A DNA stretch of 64,000 nt from Camelus ferus (taxonomy: Eukaryota). Each line of letters opens with the position of its first letter. The stretch's first letter is position 1. The DNA lies in contig NC_045705.1 in the NCBI RefSeq assembly GCF_009834535.1, forward strand, positions 56,234,001-56,298,000, read 5' to 3'. Shown here one piece after another: positions 35,726 through 48,200 of the stretch. Below the pieces are notes generated by a model that searched no databases, was not told where the DNA came from, and saw only the letters and a list, made by a program, of their open reading frames with translations. A program made the translations under genes and the position numbers.

Positions 35726-36667
35726 ATGTCTCCTCTTAACCACACGAACACTGAAGTTCTTAGATTCCTCCTTATCGGTATCCCTGGACTGGAGAAGGAT
35801 CACATCTGGATATCTATTCCTTTCTCATCTGTATACCTTCTTTCCCTCCTGGGTGACCTTGCCATCCTCTTCTTTATCAAGACGGAACCAAGTCTCCATG
35901 AACCCATGTACTATTTCCTTTCCATGCTCTCCATCTCTGACCTAAGGTTGTCCATCTCTTTCTTACCCACCACTCTGGGACTATTCCTGTTTGGTGTCCA
36001 TGAAATTCATGCAGCTTCATGCTTTGCCCAGGAGTTCTTTATCCACCTATTCACAGTTACTGAAGCCTCTGTGCTATCTGTAATGGCATTTGGCCAATAT
36101 GTGGCCATCCACAACCCTCTGAGATACAGCACAATCTTAACCAGCTCCCGAGTCATCAAAACAATGGTCTTACTGACTTCCAGAAACATTATCTTGATTC
36201 TTCCACTACCCTTTCTGCTGCAACGGCTGACATACTGTCATCAAAACCTGCTCTCACACTCCTACTGTCTCCACCAGGATGTCATGAAGCTGGCCTGCTC
36301 TGACAACAGAGTTAACTTTGTCTATGGACTCTTTGCTGCCCTTTCTACTATTCTGGATTTGTTGTTTATTACTTTCTCCTACATAATGATCTTAAAGACA
36401 GTACTGGGCATTGCAACCCCCAAAGAGCAGCTTAAGGCCCTCAACACCTGCATCTCTCATATCTGTGCTGTGCTCATCTTCTATGTGCCCATGCTAAGTG
36501 CAGCCATGCTCCACCATTTTGCCAGGGGTGTGTCTCCTATGATCCATATTCTCATGGCTGATGTGTTCCTACTGGTGCCACCCCTGATGAATCCCATCGT
36601 GTACTGTGTGAAGACCCATCAAATCCAAGAAAAGATTATGGGGAAACTTTGTCCAAAAAGAAGTTGA
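35726..36667 (+). CDS. OR51A-family class I olfactory receptor, 313 aa; open frame but key motifs degenerate
   Basis: Has LHEPMYYFL, HSYCLHQDVMKLAC, KALNTCISHICA and PPLMNPIVY. However GN is GD, DLGLS is DLRLS and MAFDRY is MAFGQY. Confidence 0.88.
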   Translation: MSPLNHTNTEVLRFLLIGIPGLEKDHIWISIPFSSVYLLSLLGDLAILFFIKTEPSLHEPMYYFLSMLSISDLRLSISFLPTTLGLFLFGVHEIHAASCFAQEFFIHLFTVTEASVLSVMAFGQYVAIHNPLRYSTILTSSRVIKTMVLLTSRNIILILPLPFLLQRLTYCHQNLLSHSYCLHQDVMKLACSDNRVNFVYGLFAALSTILDLLFITFSYIMILKTVLGIATPKEQLKALNTCISHICAVLIFYVPMLSAAMLHHFARGVSPMIHILMADVFLLVPPLMNPIVYCVKTHQIQEKIMGKLCPKRS

Positions 36668-37789
36668 TTAAAGGAGTGAGAAAGGGAACACATTTATAAG
36701 CAATAACTAAATAAACATTGACTGTGTAACTGGGGGAAAGCATAATATAGAAGACAGAGCTCATAGAGTGAATAGTTTTTAATATTAAGTATGCTTAGTA
36801 CCCTCAGTATCTCTGAGAGCTTCGGAAAATTACTTCAGTTCCCTGATTTTCAGATTGGACATCGAAAAATTCGAGGCTTCAATGACTGGAAGCCTCTACT
36901 TCTTCCTTTTAAGAACAGATGCCAGTAAAATAATATAAAACTTACTGATGTCAATGTCTGTATTAAAAGTGAAAAAAAAAAGTTTCCATACTTTGTTTCA
37001 CTTTCCTAGCTAATAAAATCCTATTAAAAGAAAGACTAAAATATTTCTTCTGTTTTCTTAAGTTTCACAATGATGTAGTGATCTAATTCCTGAACGCCAA
37101 AGCTTCCTATACATATTCACTGATTTAAAAATCTATACATCAACAACATATTTGGATATAAATTCAAACTAGAAATGCTATTATTCTGTTGTCATATGAG
37201 TCAATGAGATTATTACCAAGGGTATTTTTTTAAAAAGCTTCAATGACCATAATTCATTATTTATTTTAGAGTAGTTTGAAAAATAATAATAATAAACATA
37301 AATTTCTCTTCTTTATCTGTGCCTGCTCAGCTCTGGCAATTGTTCTGAAAACTTGTTCCCATATATATCTTGCTTCCACTTGTTAGAATCAGCTAATTCT
37401 AACTAAGTGTGAAGGAGAATCTTTTTATGATTTAAAGAAAATTTTGCAGAGATCTTACTATTTCCCTCAATCTTTTATTAAGCTAAGATCACACTTTGTC
37501 AGTACAAAGACTTCCCTGACCATCTCCAGCCTAGATAGATATTTTTAACTTCTGAACATCAGACATCAATCCGTCTAATTGATCATCTCATATATCATAT
37601 ATATTGTCTTGTTATATATCTATATCTTAGGTATCCTAGATGTGCTTAGAATAGTAGGTATCATTTGTGTATACATACTTGTTTTTTATAATATCTTTAC
37701 AAGTACTGTGTGTCAGAATCTGAGCTCCAGGAGATTAGTGACTGTCATATTCACTGCTTTATACCAGCTACTAGCAAGTGGCTCAAATA

Positions 37790-38040
37790 TTTTCTTTAAT
37801 TGAAGTATAGTTGATTTACAGTGTTGTATTAGTTTCTGATGTACAGCCTGGTGATTCAGTTATGCATATATATATTCTTTTTCATATTTTTTCATTATAG
37901 TTTATTACAAGATATTGAACAGTTCACTGTGTTATACAGTAGGACCTTGTTGTTTACCTATTTTATATATAGTAGTGTGTATCTGCTAATCTCAAATTCC
38001 TAATTTACCCCTCACCAACACCTTTTCCCTTTTGTAATCA
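37790..38040 (-). mobile_element. L1 3' end (cetartiodactyl type)
   Basis: tttaattgaagtatagttgatttacagtgttg...tgttatacagtaggacc. Confidence 0.9.
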
Positions 38041-38214
38041 TAAATTAAGCAATCTGTATCCATGTACAAGCTCTGTTTGCAAGCTTTGAATTAGCAAGTG
38101 ATTTATGTTGGCTAAAAGAAATCAAAGCTAAAGTTTTGGTACTCCAGTGTATCAATGCTTTGGTTAAAGATGTCTAAGTTCCTTTGAACAAAATATGTAA
38201 AAGTAGTTTAGAGG

Positions 38215-38600
38215 ATGTGTTCTCTGGGAAGCAAATGTTCAGACAGAGTTAGTATGCAGAGTTTATGTGAAGGAGAAGGGTTAAAATTAGGATTGGGTAG
38301 CGGGAGCTACTAGACCATGATGCAGATATAGTGAAGTCTCTGCTAGACCTAATGGGAGCTTCGGAGCAGAGATTGATGTATGGAGGAGTCCCCCACTGAT
38401 CAGAAAGGGCCAAGTACGTGTACCACCATTTGCTCATTCATTATCGGGTCACCCAAAGACTGTGGCTGTGGCTGGAAATCTAAGGTAGACCCTGAAGCAT
38501 TCTTCAGCTGGCCACACTCCTTGCAACTAGATAACCACTTATTTCTTCAGATGGGATCTGAAAAGTGGGTGTTTACATCTGTTACACCAAATTGGGCTGG
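38215..38600 (-). mobile_element. Old ERVL-type LTR (LTR16/LTR33-like)
   Basis: ctgggaagcaaatgttcagacagag...gatgcagat...atgggagcttcggagcagagattg. Confidence 0.5.
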
Positions 38601-39114
38601 TTTACCAAACATTCCTTCAGAGGCTCACCTTTCTTTAAAATCTAATTGAAGGTGATCAGTCAGTAAAAGAGAACGCTGATCATTCTTTTACTATAATGCT
38701 GAAGTTTTTATTTTTTTAAATTGAATATCAGCTTTGTCTCAAAAGTTTCCTAATTCAGTTCCTCAAAATGTGTAGGTAAAAAGAAAATAGACTGGAAGAA
38801 GAATTGCTGGGATGTAATCATGAACTGTGTTTGCACCACAACCATTCCAAAAACATGACTGAATGAAAGTTTCTTAATTTCACAAGAACATTGTTTTTAC
38901 CACATTGTTGTCCTGTAACAAAATATGTATTTATATCATATCTACATTTAAAAATAAATGTATCTCAAATGTTGAGCTTCTTAACTGGATTCAAAATAGC
39001 ATTCACAATAAGACTATATGTTTTACAGAATAAAATCTGAACAGAATACATGTTCAAAAACTTTACTTTGAGTCATGAATTGGAATAACTAAACAACTTG
39101 TATAATTAATTGAT

Positions 39115-40180
39115 TTTCAGAGTGACTTCAGCATTGTGGCAAAATAAGATGCCTCTCATTTATCATCTTTCCAACAATGACAACAAAAAAGTATCCATCC
39201 ATGAACAAAAGTGCCTCTGTGGGAGTTGTGGGATCCAGTACCATATTTCAAGGAACCTGGGAGGGGTCACACCCACACATTCACTGGGTAATAGGCAAAC
39301 AGACCTTGATTCTGGCTATTGTCTCCACAACAGCCTATGAACCAGCTCAATACCCTGTCAGTCTTGGTCTTTCTGCACTTGGAAAACACTGACTGGGGCA
39401 GTCACCCACGAATGAAAGAAGCTTTGTGGAATTCCAGATTCCCAGAAAAGTTCCAGCATACCTTTGGAATAAAAATACAATTTTAGATGTACTGGAGTGT
39501 GTAAGAGGAAAAGCTAGATTTTGTCTTCATTACTCCTCCCCCAGGTAGCAAAGTTAAGGGCTAAGTGAGACCTTCTAGGAGGATGGGGGATGGAGGGAGA
39601 GAGAGTGGCTGAGTGAACTCCCATATTCCCCAGGTGTGCAGGACCCTGCAAAAGAGACTTATTTCTCTTGTAGCATCCAGAGTACTAAATCCTACACTCC
39701 ACGACTGAAGAGAGGAAAGATATCAGGAGAGGTGCAGATAAAATTCTCAGAGGTCATTAAAGGGATGTGGTCCCTGCTGATGATTTGATGAACTCCATCA
39801 AGAAGTCTTTCCATGGGCCAATGGGAAAGCATGATCTGAAGATCCCCCTAACTGGGAAAAAAAAGCAAANNNNNNNNNNNNNNNNNNNNNNNNNNNNNNN
39901 NNNNNNNNNNNNNNNNNNNNNNNNNNNNNNNNNNNNNNNNNNNNNNNNNNNNNNNNNNNNNNNNNNNNNNNNNNNNNNNNNNNNNNNNNNNNNNNNNNNN
40001 NNNNNNNNNNNNNNNNNNNNNNNNNNNNNNNNNNNNNNNNNNNNNNNNNNNNNNNNNNNNNNNNNNNNNNAGCAGAGGAACTGAATAAACATTTTTCCAA
40101 GAAGATATGCAAATGACCAACAGGTACATGAAAAGATGCTCAACATCAGTAATCATCAGGGAAATGCAAATCCAAACTGG
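39115..40180 (+). mobile_element. L1 remnant: 5'UTR-like segment joined to late ORF2 segment
   Basis: gacttcagcattgtggcaaaataagatg (L1M 5' end); after the N-run, ctgaataaacatttttccaagaagatatgcaaatgaccaacagg. Confidence 0.65.
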
Positions 40181-42728
40181 TTAGGAAACCAAGATAATAA
40201 CTATAAATTAGGCCCATTTTTGGCAAACTAGAATCACAGTCACTCTACCAATGATTTTACGAATGATGCTTACTGTGAATCCATTAAGTGTCAGCTATTC
40301 TGTTCAGGTCTTTCCTCCAGCTATTTAAATCAATCTGAAAGAACATGGCCAGTGGTAATTAAGAAACCTATATTTTAGACTGAAGGCTGAGAAGGACCTT
40401 TTTCCCTAACATGCAAACCAGATTACATTACCAGTTGGTTCTAAAACATGTGAGAATGCCTACTAGTACCAGGGTCTGTGTAGAAAAAAAGGAGGGAAGA
40501 GGTTGCTTTTTTAATATATAAGAGAATAATCTCTCTAGAGATTCAGTAATATGTCCCTAGGTTACTGGCTAGAAAGTATCAGAGATAAGATTGGAATCAG
40601 CTTTTCTTTTATCTCAATCTGAATCAAAACACTGTCTTGTGCAGCACTGCTTTTCACGCAGAGCTAGGTCTTTCTTACACAATTTCGGAAAATGAATTCA
40701 TAACTAGAAATGAGAAATGTCCTAACATCTTGAAGATATCCCTTGCCTATGTGCAGGATTGGAGTTTCTCAGCCTTTCACAGCCTCCAGCTCTAGCCAAG
40801 AGCCTTGAGAGCTCTTCAGGGAATTTTCAGCCTCAGCTGAGGCCCCTAGGGAGACGCTGCTGGGCTCTTCAAAAAGACCCTGTGTGTCAAGCAGGGAATA
40901 TTCTTGTAGCTGAGTTACCATCTGTCCTGAGTTCTGACAGGAAGTACACACCCCAAGCACTTTTATCTCTAGCTGTTGGTATTTAGATACGTATTTTAGG
41001 AAGAATCACAAGGAACTGCCAGGAACACAAAGAGAACTGGGGCACATATAACCAGAACCATACACAGAGCTCTCAATCGTAGCTACTTCTGAATCCCCAC
41101 ATCAAATTAGTCAAGGAAGTTTTGAGTAGCAGACAGAATGGGGAGAGGGCTCCTGCGGTTTTGTCCTAGCTTTGTCGCTGTGTGTGACCTTGTAAAAGTC
41201 ATCTTCATCATTCGATTCAATTCTTGTCGCCCTTCATCTCTTTTCTCCTCCTTAGGAGTATTAGTACCTTTATCTTTAAATTAAAATTGTAATCTCTACC
41301 TTGCTTACCTTAAACCTGTATTATAATAATTAAATATTAAAATGGATTTGACAACGCTTTGTAACAATCAAGCGTTACACTAATATAAGGTCATAATTGT
41401 CCTTAGGAGTAATTTTGCAGACTGTCACCAGCGCAGCTGCTGATAAGCGTAAACACATTTGTGCAATTATCTGAAGAATGAAAATGAGGAGTCCGGTGTC
41501 GTTGAAATCTCTGTCTAACCCATCTCTTCTCTGTTTCTGCCACAGACCATAGGTTGACATCCCTTTATCTCAATAAATTGGAGCTGAAGGGAGGACCAAG
41601 TGTGTGTGATATAGTCTAGAAGAGAAATCAGCTGACACTTCTCTGATTCACTAAACTGGAGGTGAGTACCTTTGAAAAGAAAATGAAGAGTCTCTGCACT
41701 AAATAATATTCTGTGTAATTCCTACTGCATCTCATCTCTTTTCTTATCCATTCGTTAATGCACTTGTTCAGTATAACCTATTAGGTTCCAAATCTGCGCT
41801 AGGGTCACAAGACTCTAGTGATGCAGAAATTCCATCACTCTGAGTCTAGTTATATTTGCTTTGATCTTTTTTTGCCTCACCATACATGGTACACTTGCCT
41901 CTTACCTGTACCAAAAATATGGAATATATTTGGAAGAGGAGATAATAACTGGGATGGGATATTACAAATGCAAATTTTCACTAAGCAGGCAGAATGAACA
42001 GTCTCTGTCTGGAGATACAGGAGTGAAATAGATAACCTTTAAATGTTTCTTCTGTTTCTCATACTCTCTGAAATCTCTCAATGTGAGCTGGATGGAAACC
42101 AGAATCACTGTGAGTCTGCTGGCTGAAAAGCGACATATATATTTAAACTCTTGTTTGCATCTCCACTTAACAGATGGAAATTTGTCTCTTCTTTATTATC
42201 ATTCCTTTTTACAATTCTGTTGCCGTTTTTTGTTTTTTGTTTTTTGTTTTTTTTCTCCATCACTGTTCTCACTCTCAGAGTGAGACTGCATTGTTATCTA
42301 TGCCACCCACAGGGCACTCCTCAAATCCTATGACTTTTCCTTCTTCCCTCGTAGCCCATCTTCTCTCCAAGTCTCCACTTCTCTCCTTCATTCTTCCTCT
42401 TTCCTAGCTGTGCCTTTTTCTATCCTTTTTCTGTTTCTCCTTTGGGGTCATAAAACAAGAGAGATTTTACTATGATATTAATTATTGCATTATTATCTTT
42501 TTTATTACTTGATTTGAAGTTTGAATGGCAAAAGCTGGGTATGGACAGTTTTTTCTTTCTTTATCCTCAAAACACTTCAACGCCTTCTACCTTACTGAGA
42601 AAAAAGAAGCTTTTTGAAACAGTACTCTCAAGCTTCCTTCTCTGTTTCTTAAAATATTCTGTCTTCACTCATCATGTAGATTTTCTCTTAGAAGAAAAAC
42701 AATATACACTTTAAAAAATAGTGTTCCT

Positions 42729-42820
42729 TTATTTATTTTTTTAGATTTTTTTCATGGGGGTACTGGGGACTGAATCCAGGACCTTGTGATTGCTAAGTGT
42801 GTGCTCTACCCAACCCCCCA
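42729..42820 (-). mobile_element. Camelid tRNA-derived SINE (Vic-1-like)
   Basis: polyT then gggggtactggggactgaatccaggacc, the reverse complement of the SINE body. Confidence 0.8.
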
Positions 42821-43459
42821 GTATATCCTTTTTACTTATTCCTCCTCACCCACTGATAATTTAAGCTCTTATAATCTTTCTCCAATATACTGAAATATTC
42901 TCTAAAAAATCAACAATGATCTCGCCTTCGTAAGGGCAATGCCTTTTTAAAAACCCACATCCTGCACATCCATCTCCTTTTCATGGTCAACAGTAGTGAC
43001 TTGACTTTAGTGACATTATACACTACTATTTTCATCCTGTTTTTCTGATTCTCCATTCTCTACCTCTTTTCTAGATCTTATTGTATGTCCTACTCTCATT
43101 TAAAATAGTTTCCAGTGTTATGAACTGGGCCCTGGTCTTTCCTTTCCACACTGCACTTGCTAGCAATTTTCCCCATGTTCTTGAGTGATACCCTGTAGCT
43201 CGAGCCTTCACTGAAACAGAGATCACTACATATAATACCCTCTAGACGCTCTCTGCAGTAACTCGTTGTTAAGCTTACATTCAGCATGCCCCAGCTGAAC
43301 TCAGTCCCCAGAACATGTTTTCTCTCATCTGTTATGCATATACTAGAAATGGCTGTCCATAGTTATACCAAGGTACAGCTTTATTTTGTTTTTTCCATTG
43401 GTTTATTTTTTTTTTTAATTATCTGACTTTTGTAAGAGCTAAAGTGTTATGTAGCAGCA

Positions 43460-43740
43460 GTAGTGTAGTCGTAGTAAGAAATATGATGTAAAACAGTAAA
43501 TGTAGACTCTGGAGTGTACTGTCAGAGTTTGAATTCCATCCTAAACCTTTACTTGCTCTGTAACCTTACCCAGGTTACTTCACCTCCCTGTGCCACAGTT
43601 TTCTCACCTGTAATGTGCTCCTTAGAACAAAGCCTATCTCATACGAGTGTTGTGAGAGTGAAGCGGCTTAATAAACATTAGGCACTTAGGAAGGTGACAG
43701 GAACACAATATATTAAATAAGTATTAGCTATTTTAAGCAA
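43460..43740 (+). mobile_element. MIR SINE
   Basis: tgtagactctggag...taaccttacccaggttacttcacctccctgtgccacagttttctcacctgtaa. Confidence 0.8.
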
Positions 43741-44596
43741 ATAATATACTAGTCATACTGTATTAGTATACATAGACCCCATTATAGTGTGGATTGCAAT
43801 AAATGTGACTGAATAAAAATTCTGAGGGCAAAAGTAAAGGAGAGCATGGTTTCAGGTTTTACAAGGACCGACCTAAACTGCAGAGGCACAGCTCTCTCTG
43901 AGAGCCTCAAGATTTACTTTCCTATGTAAGTACAGATTAGAGGCTTTTCCTGACCATTTCAGGTTCCTCTCTGTTATTACTGTTTCAGAGCTTGTGCCTC
44001 CTTCCTCCGCATCCCTATCCCTTCATCTACCCCAGCTTAACTGCCCTGATGTCAGAAACACACCTCTCTCCTGATATTTCTCAGAACTAAGCCCAAAGCA
44101 CCCTTTCCTAGAATACTTTGTTTTCTGAAGGACATGCCTTCTCAGACATTTCTCAGACTTTAAATTTGCACACCACCATTTGCCCCCTCAGCCATCAAAG
44201 GCTTTTCTAGTAGATTCAGGAAAGCCATCATTCTGGTCCCAAGTTACAAGTTTAAGGAGTCAACAAACATTTCCTCAATGCTTTCTGGCATTCCCCTGAA
44301 GGCTAGGTACTGTGGAATGAAACGTAGTCTCCATCCAAATTACAAATACATGTAAAAGCTCATGATATGCAACTGATTCTAGTAAATAGTTATGCAAAGT
44401 GGTGTGTAGTGCCAATTCCCCATGTATTGTGGCATAGATTCTAAATGCTTTGGTGATTGTATTGAAGTTTTTCTCATGTGAAAAACGTGCCATCTGAGAT
44501 GATCTCATTAAACTCCTGAGAGTCCAACACCGATGGACATACCACCATAACACTAAAACACAGGGCATCTGTGAGCCATGCAAATCCCCTATATTC

Positions 44597-45160
44597 TGAT
44601 TTTTATTTCTATTGGCTGGGTAGAACATTGCTAAGATTTATGTTGGATAATGTTTTGCCTATGTTTTCTTCTAATAGTTTTATAGTGTCTTGTCTTATGT
44701 TTACATCTTTATGCCATTTTGAGTTTATTTTTGTGTGCGGTGTGAAGGTGTATTCTAATTTCCTTGATTTACATGCAGCTGTCCAGCTTTCTCAATACCA
44801 CTTGCCAAAGAGACTCTCTTTTCTCCATTGTATATTCTTGCCTCTTTTGTCTTAAGATCAATTGGCCATAGGTGTGTGGGTTTATTTCTGAGCTCTCTAT
44901 TCTGTTCTGTTGCTCCATATCTGTTTATGTGCCAATACCACACTGTTTTGATGCCTGTAGCTCTGTAGAATTGTCTGAAGCCTGGGAGGGTCTTTCCTCC
45001 AGCTTTGTTCTTTCTCTTCAGTATTGTTTTGGCAATTCTGGGTCTTTTGTGATTCCATGTAAATTTTAGGATGACTTGTTCTACTTCTGTGAAAAAATGT
45101 CCTGGGTATTCTGATAGGGATTGCAATAAATCTGTAGATTGCTTTGGGTAGTGTGGCCAT
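44597..45160 (-). mobile_element. Internal L1 ORF2 fragment
   Basis: Minus strand reads [16 protein letters not shown]...[23 protein letters not shown]...KTVWYWH; no 3'UTR or polyA. Confidence 0.92.
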
Positions 45161-45340
45161 AGAAATCCCCTTCCTAGACCCTCCAGAAAAGGCTCCCCCA
45201 CTTATTTCCTATTTCATATGCAGACCCTTCCTAACTCACTGATCCCAGGACACTTACTTAGGCAAGTGAGAATTCAGCCCTGTCACTATCCAGGAATCCC
45301 ATTCTATATTGCAGGTTGGTGAACTCAAGTTTGTAAAGTC

Positions 45341-46306
45341 ATGACAATCCTTTATAATAACAGCCTCCAAAAAACCACTTTCTTCCTGACAGGCTTCCAA
45401 GGTCTGGAAGAGCTCCACGGCTGGATATCTATTCTCTTCTGCTCCATCTATTTGATAGTTATTGTAGGAAACCTTACCATCCTCCACATCATCCGGACTG
45501 ATGTCACACTCCACGAATCCATGTACTATTTCTTGGCCATGCTGGCCCTTACGGACCTGGGCCTTTGCCTTTCTACACTGCCCACTGTGATGGGCATCTT
45601 CTGGTTTGATGCCAGAGAAATTGGTATCCATGCCTGTTTCATTCAGCTCTTCTTCATCCATACCTTGTCCCTAGTGGAGTCTTCAGTTCTACTGTCCATG
45701 TCCATTGACCGCTATGTTGCCATCTGCAACCCACTGCGTTACTCCACAGTCTTGACACCTGCACGGATTGTCAGGATGGGGCTGAGCTTGGTGTGTAGAA
45801 GCGCACTGCTCATCTTCCCCCTGCCATTCCTCCTTAAGCGCTTCCAGTACTGTCGCTCCCATGTGCTGGCCCATGCTTATTGTCTGCACCTAGAGATCAT
45901 GAAGCTGGCCTGCTCTAGCATCATTGTCAATCACATCTATGGGCTCTTCGTTGTGGCCTGCACCATAGGTGTGGATTCACTGCTCATCTTCCTCTCCTAT
46001 GCCCTGATCCTCCGCACCGTGCTCAGCATTGCCTCCCGCCAGGAGCGACTCCGGGCCCTCAACACCTGCGTCTCCCATATCTGTGCTGTGCTGCTCTTCT
46101 ATATCCCCATGATTGGCTTGTCCCTTGTGCACCGCTTTGGTGAACATCTACCCCGCATTGTACACCTCCTCATGTCTTATGTGTATCTATTGGTCCCACC
46201 TCTCATGAATCCCATTGTCTACAGCATCAAGACCAAGCAAATCCGCCAACGCATTGCTAAGAAGTTTGAGTTTATAAAATTGCCTAGGTGTTTTCGACAG
46301 GATTAG
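45341..46306 (+). CDS. OR51G1: Olfactory receptor 51G1, 321 aa, intact
   Basis: MTILYNNSLQKTTFFLTGFQGLE, MSIDRY, HAYCLHLEIMKLACSSIIVNHIYG, RALNTCVSHICA, PPLMNP; matches recalled human OR51G1. Confidence 0.95.
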   Translation: MTILYNNSLQKTTFFLTGFQGLEELHGWISILFCSIYLIVIVGNLTILHIIRTDVTLHESMYYFLAMLALTDLGLCLSTLPTVMGIFWFDAREIGIHACFIQLFFIHTLSLVESSVLLSMSIDRYVAICNPLRYSTVLTPARIVRMGLSLVCRSALLIFPLPFLLKRFQYCRSHVLAHAYCLHLEIMKLACSSIIVNHIYGLFVVACTIGVDSLLIFLSYALILRTVLSIASRQERLRALNTCVSHICAVLLFYIPMIGLSLVHRFGEHLPRIVHLLMSYVYLLVPPLMNPIVYSIKTKQIRQRIAKKFEFIKLPRCFRQD

Positions 46307-46409
46307 GTTGGGATGAAGGGAGGAAGTTTGAGGTGTAAAGCTCACGGATACTTTTGGTTTCAGCTATGATGCGGAAAAATAACGAACTCCCAATTATCAA
46401 CAGAAAGTG

Positions 46410-46620
46410 GACTAACTGTACAATATACTGCATGTGTGCCCTTGGAAATATTACCTACCTCTCTGTTCTTTACTTTCCTCACTTGCAGAATGAGTATGGA
46501 AATAATGATAATACCTTCTTTGTAGGGATATTGTGAAGATTAAATAAGAAAATACATGTAAGTCTCTGACACAGTGCCTGATACATATCAATTCTCAACC
46601 AATATTAACTATTATTATTT
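46410..46620 (+). mobile_element. MIR SINE downstream of OR51G1
   Basis: ttcctcacttgcagaatg...ttgtgaagattaaataag...acagtgcctgatacat. Confidence 0.8.
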
Positions 46621-47369
46621 GAAAAAATCTCCAAAAGGGTATACAAGTTTCATCTTTTATTCCTCCAGGCAGTGAAATTTGATCAGAGATTTATACATTT
46701 GAATTTATATTTTATTACCTTATTTTATGTTACTTTATTGTAATTATCATTTTTATTCATTTGCAACAGATTTGCACACATACCTATACCCCAGTTAATA
46801 ACTTTTTGTGAGGCTGCTTCCTAAATGCATATCTACAAAGTTAAGAAAAGAAGATACCCTGGGAGTCTGAGGGAAGATACCCAGTGAGAACAAAAAAACA
46901 GTAACCATAGTTCACCCTCAAAGGAGGTAACTGAGGTTTAGGATAATCACTCATCATCTTCGTAACTAGTCGGGGGACTTGATTTCTTTCTTTAGTTATT
47001 TTGTATATTACTGAGTTGAAAAAGCAAGAGAAACACATGCACATTTTATGTTCTTTGCAAGATGTTTTTGTCTCAAAAAGGTACAACACTTTGATGCTAT
47101 TTGCAAGCAGCATAGATAAGCTCCTGAGTGAAAAGGAAGAATTCCTATGGAAGGTACACTCTTATTCCATGATGAGGGAACACAGTTCCTGAGAAAGCAA
47201 ATATTTCTCATAATTGCCTTCATTCTCATCAATGTGTATAATTTAATAGATTTTGTAACTATAGTAGAAAAGATGCTGGATTGAACACAATTAACTTTTA
47301 AAAATAACACCAAAAAGGCTGATTCTGTCTCTAGTCTTCACAAAAATATATATTTTATTTAAATTTCTA

Positions 47370-47530
47370 TTAAATAATTATAGATTAAGATGCTGTTATA
47401 AGATATAACTCAGAGATCCTTTGTATATTTTTTCCGGTTTCCTTCAGTGGTAATATTTTGCATAACCAGGATACTGACATTCGTACGTCCACTAATCTGA
47501 TTCATACTTCCCCACTTTTACTTGTTCTCA

Positions 47531-47569
<39 letters not shown>

Positions 47570-48200
47570 ACATGCGTGTGTACATTAAGTTCCAAATAAT
47601 TTTATCACCTGTGTAGGTTTGTGTCTTCTCCGAGATATTAAGTGGTTTCAACACAAAAATCTTTCCCTTTTGCCCTTTTATAACCGCATCCACCTCCCTT
47701 CCATTCTCACTGTCCTTAGTACCTAAGACTTGGCCACCAGTAATCTGTCTTCCATTTCTAAAAGTTTACCATTTAAAGGGTGTTATATAAGTAGAATTGT
47801 ACAGTATGAACCTTCTAGGATTGGATTTTATCACTCAGTGTAATTCCTTTGGCTTCATTCAAGTTGTTGCTTATATCAATAGTCTGTCCCTTTTTATTGC
47901 TGAGTAATACTCCATGTTATATATACACCACTGTTTATTTAATCATTCACTTGTTGAAGGACATCTTGGCTAATTCCAGCTTTTAGCTATTACATGAACA
48001 ATTGTGTTTGGGTTTTTTGTGTGAACATAAGTCTATTTTTCTGAAGTAAATGCCCAAGAGTGCTAGGTTGTGTAACAGCATGTTCACTTTTATAAAAAAT
48101 TGCCAAACTCTTTTCCAGAGTACCTGTACCATTTTACATTCTCACCAACAAGGTATGATGACCAGTTTCTCTGCATTCTCATCAACATTTGTTGTTGTCA
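47370..48200 (-). mobile_element. Old L1 (L1MA/L1MB) 3' region
   Basis: ttttttattgctgagtaatactccatg...tgccaaactcttttccagagtacctgtaccattttacattctcacc. Confidence 0.85.
47534..47568. repeat. (GT)n microsatellite, about 17 units
   Basis: Direct reading. Confidence 0.95.

Noticed and set aside
39757-40156. Four overlapping ORFs of about 100 aa
   Set aside because: Artefacts of the 201-nt N-run in an L1 remnant
45254-45889. Antisense ORFs over OR genes (also 17754, 27722, 28258, 36007, 55857, 56550)
   Set aside because: Typical antisense shadows of OR coding sequence with no independent coding signal
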